From Bacteroidia bacterium (GTDB lineage: Bacteria; Bacteroidota; Bacteroidia; UBA7662): a stretch of DNA of 64,000 nt. The translations under genes and the position numbers were made by a program. Every line of letters begins with the position of its first letter. The stretch's first letter is position 1. Where the stretch lies: positions 4,312-68,311 of the forward strand of contig JBDNIH010000168.1 of NCBI GenBank assembly GCA_041688385.1, given 5' to 3'. This document shows positions 46,323-55,071 of this stretch, one piece after another. The notes below the pieces were generated by a model, which was not told the DNA's origin, made no database searches, and was given only the letters and a program-made list of their open reading frames with translations.

Positions 46323-46462
46323 GCAATAGTGCATTTATTACGATGATTGTCGTTCAAGTAACGGTAACCATTATCACCGGCTACTTTTTTTATAAGGTAC
46401 TCACCACGCCACCACGGCAGGAGCCGGATTCTTATTCCGAAAATGACGACGAACTCCGTTAA
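46319..46462 (+). CDS. MetS-like NSS transporter small subunit (47 aa single-TM protein), not in the ORF track
   Basis: The ATG at 46319 overlaps the NSS stop (ATGA coupling). It encodes MSNSAFITMIVVQVTVTIITGYFFYKVLTTPPRQEPDSYSENDDELR: one hydrophobic helix followed by an acidic tail. This is the arrangement of MetP/MetS-type two-component NSS transporters. Confidence 0.55.
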   Translation: MSNSAFITMIVVQVTVTIITGYFFYKVLTTPPRQEPDSYSENDDELR

Positions 46463-46479
46463 GCGCTAAACGATGGGAG

Positions 46480-47355
46480 ATGGGCTACTGGCAGAATTTC
46501 TGGGTATTAGGCAAAACCGAACGGCAGGGCATACTATTTCTGCTCGTTTGTATATTGCTGAGTCTCTGGCTGCCATCCTGGCTCAGTCCCGACCGTAAGC
46601 TCACCGATCAACCCGACGCGGCCTTCCTCGCCGTACTCGATAGCCTCCAAGCTGCCGAAGTTGAAAAGACAGATGCAGCAGAAAAGGCGGATGAGAAAGT
46701 TGTGGGCGGTCGTTTGCAAAATTTCGACCCAAACACTGTCGACAAAACAGGTCTATTGGCCCTTGGCTTAAGCGAAAAAACTGCCGTAAGCTGGTTGCGT
46801 TTTCGCGAAAAAGGGGGGCAGTTTAAAAAAGCCGAGGATATCCGAAAGTTGTACGCCTTGCGCCCTGCCGATGCGGATAGGCTATTGCCGTATGTGCAAA
46901 TCGAGAGAAAAGAGCAAGTTGAAAAGAGCGACTTTTCGGAGCGACCTGCAAAAGTGATCACGCCTATCGACTTGAATTCGGCCGATTCATTGCAGCTACT
47001 GACCGTGCCGGGAATCGGCCCAGGTTTTGCCAGCCGCATCTTAAAAGCGAGGGAAAGATGGGGTGGCTGGTTTGATACGCAACAGCTTTTGCAGATTTAC
47101 GGCGTAGATAGTGCACGTTTGGCCAGCTGGAAACCCTATATTTTGCTCAACCCAGTTCAGGTAGTAAAACTCGATATCAACCGGGCCGATGTGAGCCTAC
47201 TAGGTAGGCATCCGCTATTGGGTTTTTCAAAGGCCAAAAGGGTTGTGGCTTACCGGGAGCAACACGGACCGTTTAAAAATTCGGCCGATTTATCTGCAGT
47301 ATACGGAATTGACAGTCTCGCCGTTCAGTTAATTGCGCCCTACCTCCAGTGGTAA
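46480..47355 (+). CDS. ComEA-like helix-hairpin-helix DNA-binding protein
   Basis: It has an N-terminal transmembrane segment and two HhH regions (LNSADSLQLLTVPGIGPGFASRIL; LDINRADVSLLGRHPLLGFSKAKRVV). Confidence 0.7.
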   Translation: MGYWQNFWVLGKTERQGILFLLVCILLSLWLPSWLSPDRKLTDQPDAAFLAVLDSLQAAEVEKTDAAEKADEKVVGGRLQNFDPNTVDKTGLLALGLSEKTAVSWLRFREKGGQFKKAEDIRKLYALRPADADRLLPYVQIERKEQVEKSDFSERPAKVITPIDLNSADSLQLLTVPGIGPGFASRILKARERWGGWFDTQQLLQIYGVDSARLASWKPYILLNPVQVVKLDINRADVSLLGRHPLLGFSKAKRVVAYREQHGPFKNSADLSAVYGIDSLAVQLIAPYLQW

Positions 47356-47445
47356 CAGGCGCAACTCAAGCCTTTATCCTTAATTTTGGCGACCTAAAAA
47401 CAAAAGAGGGTGAAATGACCTTTTTACCTTTATAAACTCATCTGT

Positions 47446-48585
47446 ATGAATTTTGCGCAAAACGAAAACCAACAAATGATCGCCGATATGATTCGTAGTT
47501 TTGGCGAAAAACATATCAAACCTCATATGATGGAGTGGGATGAAAGTCAGGAGTTTCCGGTGCATTTGTTTAAAGAGTTGGGTAAATTAGGTTTAATGGG
47601 TGTATTGGTGCCCGAAGAATACGGTGGTGCCGGTTTCGGTTATTTCGAATACGTAACTGCTATCACAGAACTTTCTAAAATTGATGGATCGATCGGCCTA
47701 TCCATGGCTGCACACAATTCGTTGTGTACAGGTCACATCCTCTCCTTTGGAAATGAGGAGCAGAAAAAACGTTGGCTGCCAAAACTCGCAACGGCCGAAT
47801 GGATAGGCGCTTGGGGTTTGACCGAACCAAATACCGGTTCAGATGCCATGCGTATGATGACTACTGCTGTTGAAGACGGCGATTACTGGGTGATTAATGG
47901 TGCCAAATGCTGGATTACCCATGGTAAATCAAGTCAGGTAGCTGTAGTGATGGTTCGCACAGGCGAATTGCTCGATTCCCACGGTATGACGGCCTTTGTC
48001 ATTGAAAAAGGTACGCCGGGCTTTACCCATGGTCGCAAAGAAAATAAATTAGGCATGCGTGCCTCTGAAACCACGGAACTTTTGTTCGATAATTGCCGGG
48101 TACACAAAGACAATGTTTTAGGAAAAGCCGGCGACGGCTTCGTCCAGGCGATGAAGATTCTTGACGGTGGCCGCATTAGCATTGCGTCTTTGTCGTTGGG
48201 CATTGCCAAGGGTGCCTACGAGGCTGCACTTAAATATTCCAAAGAGCGCGAACAATTCGGGAAACCTATCAGTGAGTTCCAAGGTATTTCTTTTAAGTTG
48301 GCAGACATAGCCACTGAAATCGCTGCTGCCGAGCTGCTGACTTTCCGTGCGGCTGATTTAAAGAACCAAGGCAAGCCCGTGACTACTGAGTCGGCTATGG
48401 CCAAGTATTACGCATCAGAAGTGGCTGTACGGGCCTCTGTAGAAGGCGTACAGATATTCGGAGGCTATGGTTACACGAAAGATTTTCCAGCCGAGAAATA
48501 TTACCGCGATTCTAAACTATGTACCATCGGGGAGGGTACTTCAGAAATACAAAAAGTAGTAATTGCCAGGAACATCCTCAAGTAA
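47446..48585 (+). CDS. Acyl-CoA dehydrogenase
   Basis: The 379 aa protein has the ACAD signatures (GLTEPNTGSDA and the C-terminal QIFGGYGYTKDFPAEKYYRD). Confidence 0.9.
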   Translation: MNFAQNENQQMIADMIRSFGEKHIKPHMMEWDESQEFPVHLFKELGKLGLMGVLVPEEYGGAGFGYFEYVTAITELSKIDGSIGLSMAAHNSLCTGHILSFGNEEQKKRWLPKLATAEWIGAWGLTEPNTGSDAMRMMTTAVEDGDYWVINGAKCWITHGKSSQVAVVMVRTGELLDSHGMTAFVIEKGTPGFTHGRKENKLGMRASETTELLFDNCRVHKDNVLGKAGDGFVQAMKILDGGRISIASLSLGIAKGAYEAALKYSKEREQFGKPISEFQGISFKLADIATEIAAAELLTFRAADLKNQGKPVTTESAMAKYYASEVAVRASVEGVQIFGGYGYTKDFPAEKYYRDSKLCTIGEGTSEIQKVVIARNILK

Positions 48586-48634
48586 TTGTATTTTTCATTT
48601 TTATCACTACCTTTGCCCCTCTCAAAAAAGCAAC

Positions 48635-48829
48635 ATGATCAAAATTGAGGTTAAAGAGAACGAGTCGATTGACAAAGCGCTGAAGCGCTTCAAAAAGAAG
48701 TTTGAAAAGACAGGTGTTTTAAAAGAACTCCGTGGTCGTCAGGCCTTTGAAAAGCCATCTATCGTCCGCCGCCAACAGGTACTCCGCGCTGCTTATCGCC
48801 AGATGATGCAGCAGAGCGAGGAAATTTAA
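48635..48829 (+). CDS. rpsU: 30S ribosomal protein S21
   Basis: The track ORF begins at 48563, but the conserved S21 start is MIKIEVKENESIDKALKRFKKKFEKTGVLKELR at 48635. TACCTTTG is 21 nt upstream. Confidence 0.85.
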   Translation: MIKIEVKENESIDKALKRFKKKFEKTGVLKELRGRQAFEKPSIVRRQQVLRAAYRQMMQQSEEI

Positions 48830-48856
48830 GCTACATCTTCGTATCTTTCTGCTGAG

Positions 48857-49747
48857 ATGGCAGTAAGCGAATTTGAAAGTTTTTTGAATTACCTGCGCTT
48901 TGAAAAGCGCGCGTCGGGCCATACAGTTGCCGCTTATACGGGCGACTTGAACGATTTTTACGGTTACCTAGCGGTGACCTACGAAATAACTACCATCCAG
49001 GAAGTAGTGCACCCGCACATTCGCTCTTGGATGGTTTTTTTATTGTCGTCTGGCTTGGTGGCGCGTTCGATCAACCGTAAGGTGTCCACGCTCAAAGCGT
49101 ACTATAAGTTCATGCAGCGGCAGGGCCATATCCAACACGACCCTACAGTGCGCATTGTACGGCCCAAGGTACCCAAACGTTTGCCTATGGTAATAGACGG
49201 CCCCAGTATGGACCGTTTGCTCGACGACGTTGTTTTCCCAGAAGGATATGCCGGTTTGCGCGACAAGACCATACTCGAGTTGTTTTATGGCTGTGGCATA
49301 AGGGCTTCCGAATTACAAGGGCTCAAACTGGGTGATTTGGATTTGCACCAACAGCAAATTAAAGTGCTTGGCAAAAGAAATAAAGAGCGAATTATCCCTT
49401 TCCATACTTTGCTGCGCGATCAATTAAGGCTATATTTACAGGGCAGGGCAACAGCATTTAGTGAAACCCCTGAATGGCTATTTTTGACGGAGAAAGGCGA
49501 AAAAATGTATCCGACGCTCATCTATAAAACAGTGCACCATTACCTCAGTATGGTAAGCACATTGTCGCAAAGGAGCCCGCATGTTTTACGTCACACCTTC
49601 GCCACACATTTGCTCGATCAGGGTGCCGATTTAAATGCAGTCAAGGAACTACTGGGTCATACCAGTCTCGCTGCAACTCAGGTTTATACGCACAATAGCG
49701 TTGAAAAGCTGAAAGAAGTTTATCGTAAGTCTCACCCAAAAGCCTAA
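48857..49747 (+). CDS. xerD: Tyrosine site-specific recombinase XerC/XerD family
   Basis: The catalytic R...HxxR...Y residues are present (LRHTFATHLL, and the YTH motif near the C-terminus). The rpsU-xer-hpf arrangement is common in Bacteroidetes. Confidence 0.8.
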   Translation: MAVSEFESFLNYLRFEKRASGHTVAAYTGDLNDFYGYLAVTYEITTIQEVVHPHIRSWMVFLLSSGLVARSINRKVSTLKAYYKFMQRQGHIQHDPTVRIVRPKVPKRLPMVIDGPSMDRLLDDVVFPEGYAGLRDKTILELFYGCGIRASELQGLKLGDLDLHQQQIKVLGKRNKERIIPFHTLLRDQLRLYLQGRATAFSETPEWLFLTEKGEKMYPTLIYKTVHHYLSMVSTLSQRSPHVLRHTFATHLLDQGADLNAVKELLGHTSLAATQVYTHNSVEKLKEVYRKSHPKA

Positions 49748-49760
49748 AAAAGGAGGAAAC

Positions 49761-50045
49761 ATGGATATTAACATCCAATCTATTCACTTCGATGCCGATG
49801 TGAAGCTCACCGAATTCGTTAAAAAGAAAGTCGCCAAACTCGAAACCTACAACAACAAGGTGGTGAGTTCCGATATATTTCTCCGGGTTGAAAACGCTGG
49901 AGATAGTGCCAACAAAATAACGGAGATCAAAATGAATCTCCCTGGCAAAACACTTTTTGCCAAAGAACAATGCAAAACCTTCGAAGAAGCTACCGATCTC
50001 GCCGTAGAATCATTGCGCAAGCAGATTGGAAAGCTGAAAGATTAA
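49761..50045 (+). CDS. hpf: Ribosome hibernation promoting factor (HPF/RaiA, short form)
   Basis: The 94 aa protein matches the S30AE family pattern. Confidence 0.85.
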   Translation: MDINIQSIHFDADVKLTEFVKKKVAKLETYNNKVVSSDIFLRVENAGDSANKITEIKMNLPGKTLFAKEQCKTFEEATDLAVESLRKQIGKLKD

Positions 50046-50173
50046 GTCAGCGATTTCCTGTATTTTTTTTCAAAGGGCTATTGACTAGTCCAATTTATTA
50101 GTACATTTGCATTCCTTTTTGGCGGATACCCCTGGGTGGAAGCCGGAAAGGAATGTTCTTTTAGTGGGCGTTT

Positions 50174-50246
50174 GCCTCCTTAGCTCAGTTGGTAGAGCAA
50201 CTGATTTGTAATCAGTAGGTCGCTGGTTCGAATCCGGCAGGAGGCT
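50174..50246 (+). tRNA. tRNA-Thr (anticodon TGT)
   Basis: The acceptor stem is GCCTCCT/AGGAGGC, the anticodon arm is ACTGA-TTTGTAA-TCAGT and the T-loop is TTCGAAT. Confidence 0.85.
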
Positions 50247-50253
50247 CATTGAT

Positions 50254-50337
50254 GGGGAGATACCAGAGTGGCCAAATGGGACCGACTGTAACTCGGTTGC
50301 GAAAGCTTCGGAGGTTCGAATCCTCCTCTCCCCACCA
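50254..50337 (+). tRNA. tRNA-Tyr (anticodon GTA), type II with long variable arm, CCA encoded
   Basis: The acceptor stem is GGGGAGA/TCTCCCC, the anticodon arm is ACCGA-CTGTAAC-TCGGT, and there is a long extra arm. The 3' end is ACCA. Confidence 0.85.
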
Positions 50338-50372
50338 ATTTGCTGAATGCAAATGCGATACCAGTCGCAAAA

Positions 50373-50445
50373 GCGGGAGTAGCTCAGTTGGTAGAGCGAT
50401 AGCCTTCCAAGCTATAGGTCGCGAGTTCGAGCCTCGTCTCCCGCT
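50373..50445 (+). tRNA. tRNA-Gly (anticodon TCC)
   Basis: The acceptor stem is GCGGGAG/CTCCCGC and the anticodon arm is ATAGC-CTTCCAA-GCTAT. Confidence 0.85.
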
Positions 50446-50529
50446 CAAAAACCTTCGGGCCAACCCGAAAACGAATACACCGGATCACACCGGGACCAGA
50501 CTCCAGACGGGAGAAAAGTCAGAAAGATT

Positions 50530-50601
<72 letters not shown>

Positions 50602-50701
50602 CAAGCAGTTAACGGAATTGAAACTGATAAACTACCAGTAACGCTACCGGCAACAGTGAAAATGAATTTTACATTACAGAACAAACTAAATAAGACTACA
50701 A

Positions 50702-51889
50702 ATGGCAAAGGAAAAATTTGACCGCTCCAAACCGCACTTAAACATCGGTACCATCGGTCACGTTGACCACGGTAAGACAACCCTCACCGCAGCCATCACC
50801 AAGGTGCTGGCAGAAAAAGGTTGGTCAGAAGTTCGTTCTTTCGAATCGATTGACTCGGCTCCGGAAGAAAAAGAGCGTGGTATTACTATTAATACCGCCC
50901 ACGTTGAATATCAGACCCTAGAGCGTCACTACGCACACGTAGACTGTCCGGGCCACGCTGACTATGTGAAAAACATGGTTACTGGTGCAGCCCAAATGGA
51001 TGGTGCTATCATTGTTGTAGCTGCTACCGACGGTCCGATGCCACAAACACGTGAGCACATTCTGCTCGCTCGCCAGGTAGGTGTTCCTACATTGGTTGTA
51101 TTCATGAACAAAGTTGACATGGTTGACGATCCAGAATTGCTTGACCTCGTTGAAATGGAAATTCGTGAACTCCTCTCATTCTACGAATACCCAGGTGATG
51201 AAATCCCTGTAATCCGTGGTTCTGCACTCGGTGCCTTGAACGGCGAGCCGAAGTGGGTTGAAACCGTGCTTGAGTTGATGGCTGCTGTAGATGAGCACAT
51301 TCCAATCCCTCCGCGCATGGTTGACCTTCCATTTTTGATGCCAGTAGAGGACGTATTCTCGATCACAGGTCGTGGTACTGTTGCTACGGGTCGTATTGAG
51401 CGTGGGGTAATTAACTCGGGTGATCCAGTTGACATCATCGGTATGGGCGCAGAAAACCTCAAATCAACCGTAACAGGTGTTGAGATGTTCCGCAAAATCC
51501 TTGACCGCGGTGAAGCTGGTGACAACACCGGTCTCCTCCTCCGTGGTATTGAGAAAACCGATATCCGTCGTGGTATGGTAATCTGTAAGCCAGGTTCGGT
51601 GAAGCCGCACCATGATTTTAAGGCTGAAGTTTACGTATTGTCGAAAGAAGAAGGTGGTCGTCACACGCCATTCTTCAACAAATACCGTCCACAGTTCTAT
51701 TTCCGTACCACTGACGTTACAGGCGAAATCAGCTTGCCAGATGGTGTTGAAATGATTATGCCTGGCGATAACATCACCATCACTGTGAAATTGATCTCTC
51801 CAATCGCTATGGAAAAAGGTCTTCGTTTCGCAATCCGTGAAGGTGGCCGTACCGTGGGTGCTGGTCAGGTGACTGAGATACTCGCTTAA
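50702..51889 (+). CDS. tuf: Elongation factor Tu
   Basis: The G1 to G4 motifs are [18 protein letters not shown] and SAL. 395 aa. Confidence 0.97.
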   Translation: MAKEKFDRSKPHLNIGTIGHVDHGKTTLTAAITKVLAEKGWSEVRSFESIDSAPEEKERGITINTAHVEYQTLERHYAHVDCPGHADYVKNMVTGAAQMDGAIIVVAATDGPMPQTREHILLARQVGVPTLVVFMNKVDMVDDPELLDLVEMEIRELLSFYEYPGDEIPVIRGSALGALNGEPKWVETVLELMAAVDEHIPIPPRMVDLPFLMPVEDVFSITGRGTVATGRIERGVINSGDPVDIIGMGAENLKSTVTGVEMFRKILDRGEAGDNTGLLLRGIEKTDIRRGMVICKPGSVKPHHDFKAEVYVLSKEEGGRHTPFFNKYRPQFYFRTTDVTGEISLPDGVEMIMPGDNITITVKLISPIAMEKGLRFAIREGGRTVGAGQVTEILA

Positions 51890-51916
51890 TTAAGCGTAAA
51901 ACTGATAGCGGAAAAC

Positions 51917-51940
51917 TCTCCCCGACCGGGGAGAATTTTC
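51917..51940 (+). terminator. Weak hairpin/attenuator after tuf
   Basis: TCTCCCC-GACC-GGGGAGA is followed by ATTTTCC. Confidence 0.4.
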
Positions 51941-51949
51941 CCTGTCTAT

Positions 51950-52022
<73 letters not shown>

Positions 52023-52107
52023 CCGAAAGAAAAAAAGAACAGGCACAGCCTGACGTAAGAGCTACAGCGCTCTGCCGAAGGTTTCACTTGTACAGCTGAA
52101 AAGAAAC

Positions 52108-52302
52108 ATGAATAAGATTCGTATTTACGTCAAAGAAGCCACCAACGAACTCCTGCATAAGGTAAGTTGGCCGACTTGGGAAGAACTTCAGAGTAGTTTG
52201 GTCGTTGTCCTCGTGGCTTCGCTCATTTTTTCTATTGTCATTTATCTCATGGACGTTGCTTTTTCGAACATCTTGAGTGCTTTTTATCATCTCTTCCAAT
52301 AA
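52108..52302 (+). CDS. secE: Preprotein translocase subunit SecE
   Basis: The 64 aa protein has a single C-terminal transmembrane segment and the motif KVSWPTWEEL. Confidence 0.85.
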   Translation: MNKIRIYVKEATNELLHKVSWPTWEELQSSLVVVLVASLIFSIVIYLMDVAFSNILSAFYHLFQ

Positions 52303-52305
52303 GGC

Positions 52306-52848
52306 ATGGCCGGTATGGAGTGTAAGTGGTATGTAGTTCGCGCCATAAGTGGCAAAGAGCGTAAATCGAAAGAGTACTTGGAGTACGAAATTAACCGTTT
52401 GGGTTTGGCCGATCTGATTCCTCAGATCCTCATCCCGATGGAGAAAGTGCTCCAGTTACGTAATGGCAAAAAGGTGGTGAAAGAACGTAATTTCTTTCCT
52501 GGCTACATCCTCATTGAGGCAGCGATGAATCCCGATCTGGTATCGACGATCATCGGTATTCCCAATGTAATCGGCTTTTTAGGTGGTGACAATCCAACAC
52601 CACTTCGCGAGTCGGAAGTGAACAAAATCCTCGGTAAGGTCGATGAAATGACCGATGCCGGTGAAGTAATGGCAAATCCGTTTACCATTGGTGAGTCGGT
52701 GAAAGTGATGGACGGTCCGTTCAACGAGTTCACCGGTGTAATCGAAGAAGTGAACGAAGAGAAGAAGAAGCTTAAAGTGATGGTGAAGATTTTTGGTCGA
52801 CGCACTCCCATTGAGTTGAATTATATGCAAGTAGAGAAAATATCCTAA
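52306..52848 (+). CDS. nusG: Transcription termination/antitermination factor NusG
   Basis: The NGN domain starts KWYVVRAISGKE and the C-terminal KOW is GESVKVMDGPF. Confidence 0.9.
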   Translation: MAGMECKWYVVRAISGKERKSKEYLEYEINRLGLADLIPQILIPMEKVLQLRNGKKVVKERNFFPGYILIEAAMNPDLVSTIIGIPNVIGFLGGDNPTPLRESEVNKILGKVDEMTDAGEVMANPFTIGESVKVMDGPFNEFTGVIEEVNEEKKKLKVMVKIFGRRTPIELNYMQVEKIS

Positions 52849-52860
52849 TCAGATACAAAA

Positions 52861-53301
52861 ATGGCAAAGGAAATCAGCGCGTTTATTAAGCTCCAAATCA
52901 AGGGCGGCGCAGCGAACCCGGCACCTCCGGTAGGACCAGCACTAGGTTCTAAAGGGGTGAACATCATGGAATTCTGTAAGCAGTTTAATGCTAGAACCCA
53001 AGAGAAGGCGGGAAAAATATTACCAGTGGTGATCACGGTATATTCAGACAAGTCGTTCGACTTCATCGTTAAAACCCCTCCAGTGGCTATCCAGCTAATG
53101 GAAGCTTCTAAAATCACGAAGGGTTCGACTCAACCTAACCGCCTCAAAGTAGGGTCGGTGAGCTGGGAACAGGTGAAAATGATCGCCGAAGACAAAATGC
53201 AAGACATGAATGCGTTTAAAGTAGAGTCGGCCATGAAAATGGTTGCCGGTACTGCACGCAGCATGGGCTTGAATGTAACAGGGGCAGCACCCTGGGAATA
53301 A
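52861..53301 (+). CDS. rplK: 50S ribosomal protein L11
   Basis: The conserved segments are [20 protein letters not shown] and [12 protein letters not shown]. Confidence 0.95.
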   Translation: MAKEISAFIKLQIKGGAANPAPPVGPALGSKGVNIMEFCKQFNARTQEKAGKILPVVITVYSDKSFDFIVKTPPVAIQLMEASKITKGSTQPNRLKVGSVSWEQVKMIAEDKMQDMNAFKVESAMKMVAGTARSMGLNVTGAAPWE

Positions 53302-53326
53302 GTAGAAAACACTATTAATTTATAGA

Positions 53327-54025
53327 GTGGCTAGATTGACAAAAAATCAAAAGTTGGCGAACGCGAAGTTCGACCGTACCAAGGCGTACAAGCTTACCGA
53401 AGCAACGAGCTTGGTGAAGGAAATTACCTTTACTAAGTTTGACCCGTCGGTAGATTTGAATGTGAGGCTCGGTGTGGACCCACGCAAAGCTAACCAGATG
53501 GTTAGGGGTACGGTAACCCTTCCTCATGGGACCGGAAAAGTAGCACGAGTACTCGTGTTATGCACCCCAGACAAGGAAGCCGAGGCCAAAGCGGCCGGAG
53601 CTGACTTCGTAGGACTGGACGAGTTCATCCAAAAAATAGAGGGTGGATGGACTGACGTCGATGTAATCATTACTCAACCAAGCGTTATGGCGAAAGTCGG
53701 TCGTTTGGGTCGTGTATTAGGCCCCCGCGGTCTGATGCCTAACCCGAAGACAGGTACTGTAACGGATAATGTTGGGCAAGCGGTTACCGATGTAAAGGGT
53801 GGCAAAATCGACTTCAAAGTAGACAAGTTCGGTATTGTACATTCTGCTATAGGCAAGGCATCTTTCTCGCCTGCACAATTGGAAGAAAACGCTTTAGAGC
53901 TGCTTCAGACCATAGTGCGCTTGAAGCCTTCAGCTGCAAAAGGAACTTATGTAAAGAGCGTCTTCATGAGCTCAACCATGAGTCCTGGTATCAACATTGA
54001 CACAAAATCAATTGCGGGGATCTGA
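53327..54025 (+). CDS. rplA: 50S ribosomal protein L1
   Basis: The 232 aa protein matches the L1 family throughout. Confidence 0.95.
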   Translation: MARLTKNQKLANAKFDRTKAYKLTEATSLVKEITFTKFDPSVDLNVRLGVDPRKANQMVRGTVTLPHGTGKVARVLVLCTPDKEAEAKAAGADFVGLDEFIQKIEGGWTDVDVIITQPSVMAKVGRLGRVLGPRGLMPNPKTGTVTDNVGQAVTDVKGGKIDFKVDKFGIVHSAIGKASFSPAQLEENALELLQTIVRLKPSAAKGTYVKSVFMSSTMSPGINIDTKSIAGI

Positions 54026-54027
54026 TC

Positions 54028-54549
54028 ATGACTAGAGAAGAAAAAGCAGTAGTTATTCAGGAACTGGCCGAAAAGTTGTCCAACAGTCCGTTTTTCTACA
54101 TTACCGACGCTAGCAATTTGCCAGTGCAAACCATCAACCGTTTCCGCGGTCTGTGCTACAAGCGTGGTGTAGAATTCAAAGTAGTAAAGAATACCTTGCT
54201 ACAAAAGGCTATGGAAAGCTTGAACGAGGGTTACACTCCGTTGTTTCCAGCATTAAAAGGACCAACCTCCATCATGTTTGCCGAGCAGGGTAATATCCCA
54301 GCCCGTCTGTTGAAGGAGTTCCGTCAGGGTGGTGTCGACAAGCCAATATTGAAAGCTGCCTATATTGACAGCGCGATATATACGGGTGACGACCAACTCG
54401 ACGCACTAACCAGCATCAAGTCTAAAGAAGAATTGATCGCAGGTATCATCTTTACACTCCAGTCACCAGCACGTAATGTGATTTCGGCTTTGCAGTCGAG
54501 CGGTGGTAAACTGGCGGGTATCGTTAAAACACTACAAGAGAGAAATTAA
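54028..54549 (+). CDS. rplJ: 50S ribosomal protein L10
   Basis: The 173 aa protein is in the L10 family and sits in the conserved position. Confidence 0.9.
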   Translation: MTREEKAVVIQELAEKLSNSPFFYITDASNLPVQTINRFRGLCYKRGVEFKVVKNTLLQKAMESLNEGYTPLFPALKGPTSIMFAEQGNIPARLLKEFRQGGVDKPILKAAYIDSAIYTGDDQLDALTSIKSKEELIAGIIFTLQSPARNVISALQSSGGKLAGIVKTLQERN

Positions 54550-54580
54550 CTAAAACAAAAACAATTAAATTATTAATACA

Positions 54581-54958
54581 ATGGCAGATATTAAAGCGTT
54601 CGCGGACCAGTTGGTTAACCTAACTGTGAAAGAAGTAAACGAACTTGCCCAAATCCTGAAAGACGAGTATGGCATCGAGCCAGCTGCTGCAGCTGTTGCT
54701 GTTGCGGGTCCTGCTGCTGCTGCTGCTGCTCCTGCAGTTGCAGAGCAAACCGAGTTTGATGTAATCCTGAAAAGCGCCGGTGCTCAGAAACTCCAGATCG
54801 TTAAATTGGTGAAAGACCTTACCGGTCTTGGCCTGAAAGAGGCAAAAGAACTCGTTGATGCTGCTCCTAAAGCATTAAAAGAGAAATGTCCTAAAGACGA
54901 AGCGGAAGCTTTGAAAGCTAAGCTTGAAGAAGCAGGTGCTGAGGTAGAGATTAAGTAA
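54581..54958 (+). CDS. rplL: 50S ribosomal protein L7/L12
   Basis: It has an Ala-rich hinge and the C-terminal segment [19 protein letters not shown]. Confidence 0.95.
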   Translation: MADIKAFADQLVNLTVKEVNELAQILKDEYGIEPAAAAVAVAGPAAAAAAPAVAEQTEFDVILKSAGAQKLQIVKLVKDLTGLGLKEAKELVDAAPKALKEKCPKDEAEALKAKLEEAGAEVEIK

Positions 54959-54966
54959 TTTGAATT

Positions 54967-55036
54967 ACGGCTCCTCAGCCTTTAAAGCTGTAGGCCTGCA
55001 ATCCTTGTTGATTGCCAGGCCTACGGCTATTTGTGT
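54967..55036 (+). promoter_or_regulatory. Tandem hairpins between rplL and rpoB (classical rplL-rpoB attenuator)
   Basis: GGCT-CCTC-AGCC+TTT is at 54969-54983. A second hairpin, GTAGGCCTG...CAGGCCTAC at 54990-55024, is followed by a T-rich stretch. Confidence 0.5.
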
Positions 55037-55071
55037 TCGTGATAACGGTTGTATAACTAAACATCAATTCT

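Noticed and set aside
54660-54735. A GCTGCTGCT... low-complexity tract lies in rplL. A similar GCC/GCT-rich tract lies in accB at about 5810-5880.
   Set aside because: These encode the Ala/Pro-rich flexible hinges of L7/L12 and BCCP, not repeat elements.
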